Part shown: positions 9,035-18,385 of the stretch, piece by piece
Layout: every line of letters starts with the position of its first letter
Position numbering within the stretch: the first letter of the stretch is position 1
Assembly (NCBI GenBank): GCA_035528115.1
Contig: DATKZF010000001.1
Coordinates: forward strand, 28,508 to 92,507
Direction: 5' to 3'
Length of the DNA stretch: 64,000 bases
Source: Candidatus Bipolaricaulota bacterium
Lineage (GTDB): Bacteria; Patescibacteriota; Patescibacteriia; UBA11705; DATKZF01
Position numbers and translations under genes: made by a program
The notes under the pieces: model-generated
What the model was told of the DNA's origin: nothing
What the model saw: only the letters and a program-made list of their open reading frames with translations
Database searches by the model: none

Positions 9035-9301
9035 GTATTTGAATTTTGTGAATTCATTCGTTACTCGCTTCGATTACTTTTATAGACTATCAAATCTTCT
9101 TCGAAAAATCAATTGTTTTGGCCAGGCTAGCCCGAAAACCTTTTTTATTCGGGTTTCTTTAAATTACGGCGATTGCTCAATGCTTGTAAAAATGATATTG
9201 TGCCGATAAGGCATGGCGAAAAGCGAGTGAAGGAAGTTTTGACCATTAGATAATTTGAAAATGAATTGTCGATAAAGTTTAAAAATAATAAAATTAAAAT
9301 T

Positions 9302-9787
9302 ATGGCCGACCAAACAATCAAACCAACCGGCTGTTGCGATCCGTTTAACCCCGAGCCGTGGGACAATAAAGAGATCGTCTGGGAAAATAAAATTTTTGTT
9401 AAAGACCATGTGACCAGTTTTTTTCATATTCCGCTGAATATGGGAAAGAAAATAATTAAAAATATGGCTTTGATTGAAAAAGCCGGAGCAAAATCTTCGT
9501 ACCAGCTGATGCTCACCGATGAAAAATCGCTTTGGGGCGCTGATATTTACATTGATGTGGCCAAAGAAGTCCCCGAAGCGCAGATGGCTAAGCTTTCCGG
9601 CACGTTTTTGACAAAGGTTTTTGAAGGACCTTATCAGAATGCTGGTAAATGGGCGATGGAGATGAAAGAATATGTTAAGTCTGAAAATAAAGAATTGAAA
9701 AAGCTTTATTTTTCATATACCACTTGCCCGGCCTGCGCCAAAGCGTATGGGAAAAATTACGTGGTGCTTTTCGCGCAAATAGATTAA
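9302..9787 (+). CDS. Conserved hypothetical protein (GyrI-like/'hydrolase' type, C-terminal YTTCPAC)
   Basis: ATG at 9302 after an AT-rich leader. TGCC, FEGPY and YTTCPACAK motifs. Confidence 0.65.
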   Translation: MADQTIKPTGCCDPFNPEPWDNKEIVWENKIFVKDHVTSFFHIPLNMGKKIIKNMALIEKAGAKSSYQLMLTDEKSLWGADIYIDVAKEVPEAQMAKLSGTFLTKVFEGPYQNAGKWAMEMKEYVKSENKELKKLYFSYTTCPACAKAYGKNYVVLFAQID

Positions 9788-9798
9788 TAAATTTTTTT

Positions 9799-10113
9799 AT
9801 GAGTAAAATACTTTTAGGAGTAATCTGCGGTTTGGCTTTTGGGATAATCGATGTACTGATCATGATCCCGCTCAAATATGAAAGCAATCGAAAAAGAAAT
9901 GAGGCGATGAGCTCCGCATTTATTGAACGATTTATGTTGGGTTTTTTGATTCCAAATATTGATTTGGGCATGCATGCGGCCTTGTCCGGATTCTTATTGG
10001 GCATTGGTTTAAGCGTTCCCACGGCTATTATTACCAGAGTTTACGCGCCAATAATCGCGATAGGAGCCGTGGGCGGCATAGTCATCGGTTTTGTGGTTAG
10101 CGCTGTGCTGTAA
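9799..10113 (+). CDS. Small multi-pass membrane protein
   Basis: ATG at 9799, four hydrophobic segments. Confidence 0.7.
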   Translation: MSKILLGVICGLAFGIIDVLIMIPLKYESNRKRNEAMSSAFIERFMLGFLIPNIDLGMHAALSGFLLGIGLSVPTAIITRVYAPIIAIGAVGGIVIGFVVSAVL

Positions 10114-10123
10114 TTGATGATTT

Positions 10124-10372
10124 ATGTACAACCTTTATATTCTTCAATGTTCGGATAAAACTTTATACACGGGCATTGCCATTGATTTGGAAAAGAGAGT
10201 AATAGAGCACAACGAAAGCAAGCTCGGCGCCAAATACACTCGCGGCCGGAGGCCGGTTAATCTTGTATATTCAAAAAAATTCCGCGACCGCTCCGCCGCC
10301 TCCAAAGAAGAAGCGCGGGTGAAGAGATTGTCGAGGAAAGAGAAGTTGGCTATGGTTAAAACAATTTGTTAA
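10124..10372 (+). CDS. GIY-YIG nuclease, UPF0213/YhbQ-like
   Basis: YILQCSDKTLYTG, R..EHN, GAKYTRGRRPV and E..VK. Confidence 0.9.
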   Translation: MYNLYILQCSDKTLYTGIAIDLEKRVIEHNESKLGAKYTRGRRPVNLVYSKKFRDRSAASKEEARVKRLSRKEKLAMVKTIC

Positions 10373-10378
10373 AATAAA

Positions 10379-11229
10379 ATGAATATGGTCAATGAAATGG
10401 CCGCAACAAAAATAGCTTTATTTAAAGGCTGAAAAATCCGCAAAACGCTTTATCAAAACGAGTGGTGGTTTTCGGTTATAGATGTGGTTGAAGCGCTTAC
10501 GGATAGTGTAAAACCCCGTGTTTATTGGAATGCAATGAAAACAAGAGTGAAAAGCGATGATGGGATTGAGTTGTCTACAATTTGTAGACAACTGAAATTG
10601 GAATCCGCTGACGGTAAAAAGTACGAAACAGACTGCGCCAATACGGAAGGCATTTTTCGCATAATTCAGTCAATCCCGTCCCCCAAAGCCGAGCCATTAA
10701 ACGCTGGCTCGCTAAAGTTGGTTATGAAAGAGTGGCAGAAATCGAAAATCCGGAGCTGGCCACCAAACGGACGAGAAGGCTTTACAAACTTAAAGGCTAT
10801 TCCGACGATTGGATTGAAAAGAGAATGCGCGGCATCGCGATTCGGGAAGAGCTTACCGATGAGTGGCGGGAACGCGGCGCGCGGGAGCAAAAAGATTATG
10901 AAATTCTGACTGCTGAAATTTCCCAGGCGACCTTTGGCATGACACCAAACGAATATAAGAAACTTAAAGGATTGGAAAGGGAAAATTTGCGAGATCATAT
11001 GGATGATTTTGAGCTGATTTTTACAATGCTCGGAGAAAGATCGACAACGGAAATTCATCGCGCAAAAGATTCTAAAGGAATAAAAAAATTAAAAGACGAT
11101 GCCAATGCCGGCGGGCAAATAGCGGGAAACGCGAGAAAAGAATTGGAGAAAAAAATAAAAAGGCCGATTGCAACAAAAAATAATTATTTAAAGAAACCTG
11201 AAAATAAAAAATTATTATCGGGCGAGTAA
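10379..11229 (+). pseudogene. Bro-N domain (phage-antirepressor-like) gene, disrupted
   Basis: In-frame TGA at 10430-10432 (KIALFKG*KIRK...WWFSVIDVV) and a 1-nt frameshift near 10697 (PSPKAEP / KRWLAKVGYER). Confidence 0.8.
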
Positions 11230-11239
11230 AAAATCAACT

Positions 11240-12862
11240 ATGCTTGAACAACAGCTGGAAAAATATTTTAAGCTTAATCAATTCCGTCCGGGGCAAAAAG
11301 AAATCATCGAAGCGATTTTGGACGGCAAAGACACGGTGGCCTTGATGCCCACCGGCGGCGGCAAGTCGTTGTGCTATCAATTGCCAGCCATTTTGCAGGA
11401 TAAACTGACCATTATCATTTCGCCCCTGATCGCGTTGATGAAAGATCAAGTGGACGGCTTAAACGCTCGAGGCGTGGCCGCCACTTTTATCAACAGTTCG
11501 ATTTCCGTGGCGGAAATACAGTCGCGAATGGAAAAAATTTTGGCGGGAGAGATAAAAATTTTATACGTGGCGCCGGAAAGACTGGACGCTCTGCGAGCCA
11601 ATAAGTTTTTTTCCGATTTGACCGTCAGTCTTTTGGCTGTGGATGAGGCGCACTGTGTTTCCCAGTGGGGGCACGATTTTAGGCCCGATTATTTGCAAAT
11701 AAAAGAGTATATTCGAAGTTTCAAATCGCGTCCGACAGTCGCCGCCTTTACCGCCACGGCCACGCCCGAAGTTAAGCAAGATATCATGGATAGGCTGGGC
11801 ATGGTCTCGCCCGTAGTTTTTACCAGCGGATTTGATCGCCCGAATCTGAAATTTTTTGTCCAGAAAGACATTAAGCCCAAGCAAAGAGTGGATGAAGTTT
11901 TAAGATTGGTGAAATCAATCGAAGGCTCGGGCATTGTGTACGCATTGACCAGAAAAGAGACCGAAGCCATCGCCGATCATCTCAACCGCCACGGCATTGG
12001 CGCGGCCGCTTATCACGCGGGCATGGTAGGAGGTCGGCGGGAAAAAATTCAAGATGAATTCATGGAAAATAAACACAAAGTGATCGTGGCCACGATCGCT
12101 TTCGGCATGGGAGTGGATAAGGCCGATATTCGATTTGTCATTCACTCGGGCATGCCCAGAAACATGGAAGGCTACTATCAGGAGGCCGGCAGAGCGGGGC
12201 GGGACGGCGAACCGGCCTATTGCGTGCTTTTGCACAGCAAAAAGGATGTGACGGTTCACAACCATTTTATTTTTTTGGACAGGCATGGAATGCTCAGTCA
12301 AGGAAAAAGCTGGGAAGAAACGAATCAATTGATTAATCTTAAAAAAGATAAATTGGAAAAAATGGTTGAATACGCCACCGCTGACACATGCAGAAGAAAA
12401 ATGATTCTTGAATATTTCAATGATCCGGCCGCGCGGCAATTGAATCACGATTGCCAAGGCTGCGACGTTTGCCTTGAGTGGGAGAAAAACAGCCGGCTGC
12501 CAGACGAAAAAGAGATTCCCGATCAAGTCGGGAATGACGGTAATTTGGTTGAATTGAGCGAGACCGTGGCTCAAACGATAAATTTGTATAAGCAAAATTA
12601 TTCAATGGAGCAAATCGCCAAAGCGCGGTCACTCGGCGAGAGCACTATTTTCGGCCACCTTATAAAGTGGTATTTGGCCGGCGGCGAAATTGATTTGGAC
12701 AACATGATCACGAGAGATGAAGAAAATTTGATATTATCCGCCATGGCCGCGGCTGATGATTATCGGTTTTTGTCCGCGATCAAGCGGCATTTGCCCGAGG
12801 AAATCGGTTATGAAAAGATAAAATTGGTGCTGGCCAAGATTAAAAGGATTGAGTTGCATTAA
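11240..12862 (+). CDS. recQ: RecQ-family DNA helicase with C-terminal helix-turn-helix
   Basis: MPTGGGKSLCYQ, DEAHCVSQWGHDFRP, TATAT, ATIAFGMG, QEAGRAGRDG and Zn-binding CRR...CQGCDVC. Confidence 0.93.
   Translation: MLEQQLEKYFKLNQFRPGQKEIIEAILDGKDTVALMPTGGGKSLCYQLPAILQDKLTIIISPLIALMKDQVDGLNARGVAATFINSSISVAEIQSRMEKILAGEIKILYVAPERLDALRANKFFSDLTVSLLAVDEAHCVSQWGHDFRPDYLQIKEYIRSFKSRPTVAAFTATATPEVKQDIMDRLGMVSPVVFTSGFDRPNLKFFVQKDIKPKQRVDEVLRLVKSIEGSGIVYALTRKETEAIADHLNRHGIGAAAYHAGMVGGRREKIQDEFMENKHKVIVATIAFGMGVDKADIRFVIHSGMPRNMEGYYQEAGRAGRDGEPAYCVLLHSKKDVTVHNHFIFLDRHGMLSQGKSWEETNQLINLKKDKLEKMVEYATADTCRRKMILEYFNDPAARQLNHDCQGCDVCLEWEKNSRLPDEKEIPDQVGNDGNLVELSETVAQTINLYKQNYSMEQIAKARSLGESTIFGHLIKWYLAGGEIDLDNMITRDEENLILSAMAAADDYRFLSAIKRHLPEEIGYEKIKLVLAKIKRIELH
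12512..12539 (-). repeat. CGTC-tagged (dRS3-like) palindrome inserted in-frame in recQ
   Basis: gagattcccgatcaagtcgggaatgacg, encoding EIPDQVGND. Same family as the REPs at 16334, 16680 and 16810. Confidence 0.75.
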
Positions 12863-12973
12863 GATGGGCGATGGCTGGTTGTGTTGTTTTAGTTGACAAA
12901 AGTTTAATAAAGTCCTAAAATTAATAAATCGAATATTTATTCGCTAATTATTGCGAATTTTTTATTTTCAAAT

Positions 12974-14803
12974 ATGAACAATAACATCAGAAATGTGGCG
13001 ATTATCGCTCACGTTGACCACGGGAAAACCACTCTCGTGGACGCTTTGCTTCGTCAAACCAAGGTAAAATTGAACAAAGACGTCGCTTCGTCCGATTTGA
13101 TCATGGACAGCAATGATTTGGAAAAAGAGCGTGGCATCACCATTTTTTCCAAAAACGCTTCCGTGGTTTGGGACGGCGTTAAAATCAACATTATCGACAC
13201 GCCCGGACACGCGGATTTCGGCGGGGAAGTCGAACGCGTTTTGAATATGGCCGACGGCTGTTTGCTTTTGATTGACGCGCAGGAAGGCCCCATGCCGCAG
13301 ACCAGATTCGTTTTGAAAAAAGCTTTGGCCATGGGACATAAAATTATCGTGGTCATCAATAAAATCGACAAGCCGAACGCGCGCCCGAGTTTTGTTTTGG
13401 ACAAGACCATTGATTTGTTCATTGAGCTGGGAGCCGATGATCAGGCTTTGAATTTCCCCATCGTTTACGCGGCCGCCAAAAAAGGCGTGGCCGGATTGGA
13501 ACCCGAGCTTGATAAAATGACAGACATTACTCCCGTATTCGAATCCATTTTAAAAAATATTCCCGCGCCTACCGGCGACGCCGGCGAGCCTTTGCAGATT
13601 TTGGTTTCCAATATTATGGGCGACAATTTCAAAGGCAGAATCGCCATCGGCAGAGTGCATAACGGCATTGCCAAAACCGGACAAGAAATCATGCATATAA
13701 ATAGACTGGGACAGATGAAAAAGCACAGACTGGTGTCTTTGATGACCTACGATGGTTTAGCTCGCGTGGAAGCGGATCAAGTGCCTGCGGGCGACATCGT
13801 GGCCATTGCCGGCATCCCGGAAATCACCATCGGTGAAACTTTGGCGGACGCGGAAAATCCGAAAGCATTGCCGCTTTTGAACATTGATCAACCCACGGTT
13901 AAAATGACTTTCATGGTTAATGATTCGCCGTTTGCCGGTCAAGAAGGTCAATTCACCACTTCAAGGCAGGTCAGAGAAAGGCTTTACAAAGAATTGGAAA
14001 ATGACATGGCTTTGCGAGTCGAAGACACCGCTGACGGCAAATGGATCGTTTCCGGCCGCGGCGAGCTTCATTTATCCATTTTAATCGAAAGAATGCGCAG
14101 AGAAGGCTTTGAATTTCAGGTTTCTCGGCCGCAAGTGATTAATAAAAAAGAAAACGGCAAAACTTTGACTCCTTACGATCATTTGTTTATTGAAGTTCCT
14201 GAAACTCATTATGGTTTGGTGGTTCAAAAATTAAACAGCAGAAAAGGGGAATTGCAAGAAATGAAAATAATCGACGGCATCGCGCATCTTGAATACATTA
14301 TTCCCACCAGAAGCCTTTTCGGTTATAGATCCGAGTTTTTAACCGATACGCGAGGGCTGGGTATTCTCAATTCCGCGTTTCATGATTATTTACCCGATCC
14401 GGGCAATTGGGCGGAGCGGGAACAGGGTTCGCTCGTGGCTCATGAAACGGGCACGACCAATCTTTACGGTTTGGTTAATATCCAATCGCGAGGAGTGTTG
14501 TTTTTCGGCCCGGGCGTGCAGATTTACATGGGGCAGGTGGTTGGGCAAAATACCCGCGGCGACGATATTAGAGTAAATGTTTGTAAAACAAAACAGCTGA
14601 CCAATATGAGATCAAAGGGCGACGGCGCCACTGAGCATTTCAATGTCCCGAAAGAAATGAATGTGGAAGCGGCCATAGAATACATCGGCGATGATGAATT
14701 GGTGGAAATTACGCCTAAAAATGTTAGAATCAGAAAAGTTTATTTGGATGAATTATCGGCCAAGAGAGCCAGGTTCGCGGAGAAATCCGATCATGAATCA
14801 TGA
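12974..14803 (+). CDS. typA: Translational GTPase TypA/BipA
   Basis: IAHVDHGKTT, ERGITI, DTPGHADFGGEVER, GRGELHL, KQLTNMR and ELVEITP. Confidence 0.97.
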   Translation: MNNNIRNVAIIAHVDHGKTTLVDALLRQTKVKLNKDVASSDLIMDSNDLEKERGITIFSKNASVVWDGVKINIIDTPGHADFGGEVERVLNMADGCLLLIDAQEGPMPQTRFVLKKALAMGHKIIVVINKIDKPNARPSFVLDKTIDLFIELGADDQALNFPIVYAAAKKGVAGLEPELDKMTDITPVFESILKNIPAPTGDAGEPLQILVSNIMGDNFKGRIAIGRVHNGIAKTGQEIMHINRLGQMKKHRLVSLMTYDGLARVEADQVPAGDIVAIAGIPEITIGETLADAENPKALPLLNIDQPTVKMTFMVNDSPFAGQEGQFTTSRQVRERLYKELENDMALRVEDTADGKWIVSGRGELHLSILIERMRREGFEFQVSRPQVINKKENGKTLTPYDHLFIEVPETHYGLVVQKLNSRKGELQEMKIIDGIAHLEYIIPTRSLFGYRSEFLTDTRGLGILNSAFHDYLPDPGNWAEREQGSLVAHETGTTNLYGLVNIQSRGVLFFGPGVQIYMGQVVGQNTRGDDIRVNVCKTKQLTNMRSKGDGATEHFNVPKEMNVEAAIEYIGDDELVEITPKNVRIRKVYLDELSAKRARFAEKSDHES

Positions 14804-14837
14804 AGCATGGAACATGGAGCAAAATAACGCATATATA

Positions 14838-15116
14838 ACGCCTCATCCGGGGCGTTTTGTTTTAGACAAAACAGGAGGGTTTCGTCTCGCGCATTTGGCG
14901 CTTCGTCGACCCACTTTTTGACGCCAAAAAGTGGGCAAAAAAGCGCTGGGGGAAAATGATTCGCAAAGCGTCGATTAAATGGCAAAGATCTCGCCATGGC
15001 TCAGCATTTTCCCCCAGACCCCCAGTGCTATTCATGATCAAATCGTCGATATTAGGATTTGTATTTTGATAAAGTTATTTATACGCCCAATTCGGGCGGT
15101 TTTGTTTTAGACAAAA
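14838..15116. mobile_element. Structured non-coding insert bounded by a duplicated terminator/-35 segment
   Basis: Direct repeats acgcc..ggcg(g)ttttgttttagacaaaa at about 14838-14871 and 15083-15116. Internal stems at 14910-14935 and 14946-14958/15005-15017. Confidence 0.5.
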
Positions 15117-15136
15117 ATCGCGGTTTTTGGTATGAT
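15108..15136 (+). promoter_or_regulatory. Sigma70-type promoter
   Basis: TAGACA-17 bp-TATGAT upstream of the ORF at 15195. Confidence 0.6.
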
Positions 15137-15194
15137 AATTCCAAGAATTGAGATGACCATTTATATAAAATAATTAATTTCATGTAAAAAATCT

Positions 15195-15506
15195 ATGGAA
15201 AATGAAGGAATTTTGCAACAATCGCCGGAACAAATGTTCCATCAGGACAAAGTCGTAAACGGTATAAAGATGGAGGTTTTTTTCGATGATCAATATAAAA
15301 GCTTCGTGCTTTATTTCTCGGATTTGGAAATGAATCTTGAAAGAGGGGTCCATGATCAAATAATTTTTATAAAGGGCGGTGAGGCAGAGGCCAAGAATGT
15401 TTTTGACAAAGCTAAAGAGCTCGCGGAAGCGGAAAAGGATGGCGATATCGAACGGGTTTATAAGCAAGCGGAAGCCTTTGTTAAAGGGCTGGATGGAAAA
15501 GAGTAA
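15195..15506 (+). CDS. Hypothetical protein
   Basis: 103-aa ORF with an upstream promoter, co-oriented with the next gene. Confidence 0.65.
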   Translation: MENEGILQQSPEQMFHQDKVVNGIKMEVFFDDQYKSFVLYFSDLEMNLERGVHDQIIFIKGGEAEAKNVFDKAKELAEAEKDGDIERVYKQAEAFVKGLDGKE

Positions 15507-15516
15507 ATAGAAGGTT

Positions 15517-16221
15517 ATGAAAAAGTTGAAAAAACAATTTCAAAAATCCGTTGATTTTCTCAAAACTAAAAATAAAATTTTGTTTTTGACCACTTCCAAT
15601 CGCTGGTTCGGAGAAAAAGGGGGAGAAAAGCCGAAAAGTTTCAGATTGGGGGAAAAGATGGCGGAAAAAATAGGAAAAGACAAAGTCGAAATTGTTGACG
15701 TTCCCAAACTAAAAATTTATCCCTGCGAAGGCAATGTCTCCACTGAGCGGGGCAATACTTGCGGCCTGAAAGAAGCGGCGCTCAAAGACGTGGAGAAAAA
15801 TCCGAGCGGCCACCATCGCTGCTGGGCCAGCATCAATAATCCTGATGATGAATTGTGGAAAGTGTCAAAGCCACTTTTGGAATGCGACGCAGTCGTTTTC
15901 TTCGGTTCAATCCGCTGGGGACAGCTGAATTCGTTTTACCAAAAATTAATTGAACGGCTCGATTGGCTGGAAAACAGGCACACGACCTTGGGCGAAGAAA
16001 ATTTATTAAAAAACAAGGTGGCGGGTATAATCGCGCTGGGGCATAATTGGAACGTGGAAAACGCGGTTAAAACGCAGGAAAAAGTTTTAGAGTTTTACGG
16101 TTTTCAGGTCGCACCCGAGCTTTGTTGGTTTTGGCAGTTTACCAAAGACAGCTTTGATGAAAGCGATCAAACTTATAAAAAAGCGGCTGACTCGTTTGAG
16201 GAATTATTGAAAAATTTATAA
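15517..16221 (+). CDS. Flavodoxin-like NADPH-dependent FMN reductase family protein
   Basis: LTTSNR, IYPCEGNVS, CDAVVFFGSIRWG and KLIERL. Confidence 0.75.
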   Translation: MKKLKKQFQKSVDFLKTKNKILFLTTSNRWFGEKGGEKPKSFRLGEKMAEKIGKDKVEIVDVPKLKIYPCEGNVSTERGNTCGLKEAALKDVEKNPSGHHRCWASINNPDDELWKVSKPLLECDAVVFFGSIRWGQLNSFYQKLIERLDWLENRHTTLGEENLLKNKVAGIIALGHNWNVENAVKTQEKVLEFYGFQVAPELCWFWQFTKDSFDESDQTYKKAADSFEELLKNL

Positions 16222-16249
16222 AATCAGTTGCTGGATTTTAGCTTTTGTT

Positions 16250-16835
16250 GGAATGACAGGCCACAATGAGTCTGCATGGAATGGAAAGCCCGGATGAGTC
16301 TGAGAAAACTAATTATTATGCCGACCCTTTATCGTCATTCCCGCGAAAGCGGGAATCCACAAGAGTATCGTCGGCATCAGTATTGTTTATGCGCTCCTAT
16401 TATGTTTACATGTTGGCCAATAAAAGAAATGGAACCCTTTACACAGGAGTTACCAATGATCTTGCCAGAAGACTCGATGAGCATAAGAACGATGTTAATG
16501 AATCATTTACGAAAAGGTATCAAGTCCACACATTGGTTTATTTTGAAGAACATGAGTGCATTGATGAAGCTATTTGGAGGGAGAAATGCATTAAAAAGTG
16601 GAGAAGAAAATGGAAGTTAGCATTAATTGAAAAAGAAAATCCTGATTGGAGGGACTTATCGAATGAATTAATTTAGGCCTGGATTCCCGCTTTCGCGGGA
16701 ATGACAGGTCAGGTTAGTCTGTGCGGGAATGACAGGCCTAAATGAGCCTGCATGGAATGGAAAGCCCGGACGAGTCTGAGAAAACTAATTATTATGCCGA
16801 CCCTTTATCGTCATTCCCGCGAAAGCGGGAATCCA
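16250..16835. mobile_element. GIY-YIG/REP cassette: 110-bp direct repeats (16250-16359, 16726-16835) around a nuclease gene
   Basis: The two repeats differ at 4 positions. gtcattcccgcgaaagcgggaatcca occurs at 16334-16359 and 16810-16835, and inverted at 16680-16705. Confidence 0.8.
16389..16676 (+). CDS. GIY-YIG nuclease family protein
   Basis: MRSYYVYMLANKRNGTLYTGVTNDLARR..EHK..FTKRY..LVYFE..AIWREK.IKKWRRKWK..LIE..NPDWRDL. Confidence 0.92.
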   Translation: MRSYYVYMLANKRNGTLYTGVTNDLARRLDEHKNDVNESFTKRYQVHTLVYFEEHECIDEAIWREKCIKKWRRKWKLALIEKENPDWRDLSNELI

Positions 16836-16871
16836 GAAAACACAGTTTGAAATTAAACCAAACAAATACTT

Positions 16872-17819
16872 ATGAAACATTTAATCTCACTCAAAGAAAA
16901 TTCGAAAGAAGACATTTTGAAAATGATCGATCTGGCTCAAAAACTGAAACAAAAAAAGAACAACGGCGAATTGACGCGCTATCTGGAAGACAAGACTTTG
17001 ATCATGCTTTTTCAGAAAACTTCCACCCGCACCCGTTTGTCCTTTGAATCTGCCATGACCGAGCTGGGCGGTCACGCGATTTTTCTTGACTCGCGCACCA
17101 CGCAGTTTTCTTTGTGCGATTTTCGAGATGAGATTCAGGCGGTGATGCGATTTGGCGCGACCTTGATGTTTCGCGCGCAAAAGGCGGCTGACGTTATGAC
17201 CGCGGCTTCTTTCAATAAAATTCCGGTCATTGACGCTTGCAGCGAGAAATATCATCCGGCTCAGGCGATCACTGACATGCTCACGATGATTGAAAAGAGC
17301 GGGGGACTTGAAAACATAAAAAAAGTGGTTTGGCTGGGAGTTGAAAATAACGTCATGAATACTTTGATGCTGGTTTGCGTGAAATTAGGCGTCAAATTCA
17401 CCATTATAGCGCCGGAAGCTGATATTGACAGCGTTGATGAGGAGTTAAAGCGCCAAGCCGCGGAAACGAGCCTGGTCGAGCGGACGCTGGATTTGGCCGA
17501 GGGGTTAAAAGACGCGGATTTTGTCCACACCGACACTTGGATGAATATGGAGTTTTTTGACAACGGCCAAGTCAAACCGCAAATGCAAGCGGAATATGAA
17601 AGAAGAAAAGCCACGTTTTCTCCTTATCAAATCAACGCCGATTTAATAAATAAATACTGTCCTCAAGCCAAAATAATGCACTGCATGCCTTGCCACATCG
17701 GTTATGAAATTTCTCGCGACGCCATGGATCATCCAAACAGCGTTGTCTTTGATCAAGCGGAAAATAGGCTTCACGCTCAAAAAGGCATTTTAATGTGGCT
17801 TTTGGACAGGGAAGTTTAA
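16872..17819 (+). CDS. argF: Ornithine carbamoyltransferase family transcarbamylase
   Basis: STRTR, HPAQ, HCMP and FDQAENRLH. The usual SMG loop is replaced by NME. Confidence 0.8.
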   Translation: MKHLISLKENSKEDILKMIDLAQKLKQKKNNGELTRYLEDKTLIMLFQKTSTRTRLSFESAMTELGGHAIFLDSRTTQFSLCDFRDEIQAVMRFGATLMFRAQKAADVMTAASFNKIPVIDACSEKYHPAQAITDMLTMIEKSGGLENIKKVVWLGVENNVMNTLMLVCVKLGVKFTIIAPEADIDSVDEELKRQAAETSLVERTLDLAEGLKDADFVHTDTWMNMEFFDNGQVKPQMQAEYERRKATFSPYQINADLINKYCPQAKIMHCMPCHIGYEISRDAMDHPNSVVFDQAENRLHAQKGILMWLLDREV

Positions 17820-17842
17820 TTTATTTCAATACTTGCAAATTT

Positions 17843-18256
17843 ATGTTCCAATTCCATTATCCGATTAGAATCAAATCATTGATGATCCCTTCGCTGTTCT
17901 GGCTGGCCTGGATGGTCAGCTGGATTTGGATTCCGGCTGAAGAGCTGATTTGGGCGCCGCTAAAATGGATATTCATTGTTGTTTTCGCGCCGATCGGCTT
18001 GATAATTTTGGGAACGATATTGGGATACAAAGTGGAATTCGATCAGCAAAAGTTAAAAGTCGGATTTTTTCCGTTGATTCGAAGAGTTGATGTGTCGAAA
18101 TTAACGAGCATTAAAAAAGGTTCGGTTTATCCTTTGACTGTTTGGAAAACCACGGAGTTCGTGACCTTGGAATTTAAGCAAGGCAAGCCATTTTCTTTTC
18201 CGTGCAATGAGGCTGGGCAGATAGTTGATACGGTCAAAAGATTTATTACGCCCTAA
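17843..18256 (+). CDS. Hypothetical membrane protein (two TM helices plus a PH-like domain)
   Basis: Two hydrophobic helices followed by a beta-rich segment. Start placed at the ATG at 17843. Confidence 0.6.
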   Translation: MFQFHYPIRIKSLMIPSLFWLAWMVSWIWIPAEELIWAPLKWIFIVVFAPIGLIILGTILGYKVEFDQQKLKVGFFPLIRRVDVSKLTSIKKGSVYPLTVWKTTEFVTLEFKQGKPFSFPCNEAGQIVDTVKRFITP

Positions 18257-18308
18257 AATTCAGGGTTGAAATAATGCTTGGAATTTGATAAGCTTTAATC
18301 TGAAATAA

Positions 18309-18385
18309 GGGCGTATGGCTCAGCTGGTTAGAGCGCTACCTTCACACGGTAGAGGTCTCTGGTTCGAATCCAGATACGCCCACCA
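18309..18385 (+). tRNA. tRNA-Val(CAC)
   Basis: GGGCGTA...CTACC-TT-CAC-AC-GGTAG...GTTCGAATC...TACGCCC-ACCA. Confidence 0.96.

Noticed and set aside
8946-9209. 87-aa ORF
   Set aside because: It is an antisense shadow of tRNA-Ser.
10430-10432. UGA recoding (code 25) suggested by the in-frame TGA
   Set aside because: Conserved genes (pseudouridine synthase, beta-CASP nuclease, rbcL, typA) end in TGA at the expected lengths, and the same gene also has a frameshift.
11915-12595. Long antisense ORFs (e.g. 11915-12595, 21835-22470, 30018-30680, 55535-56206)
   Set aside because: They are shadows of well-supported genes on the opposite strand and have no protein motifs.
16742-17047. 101-aa ORF and the N-terminal extension of ORF 16266-16676
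   Set aside because: Both begin inside the 110-bp direct repeat (identical MSLHGMESPDES...). The real genes start at 16389 and 16872.
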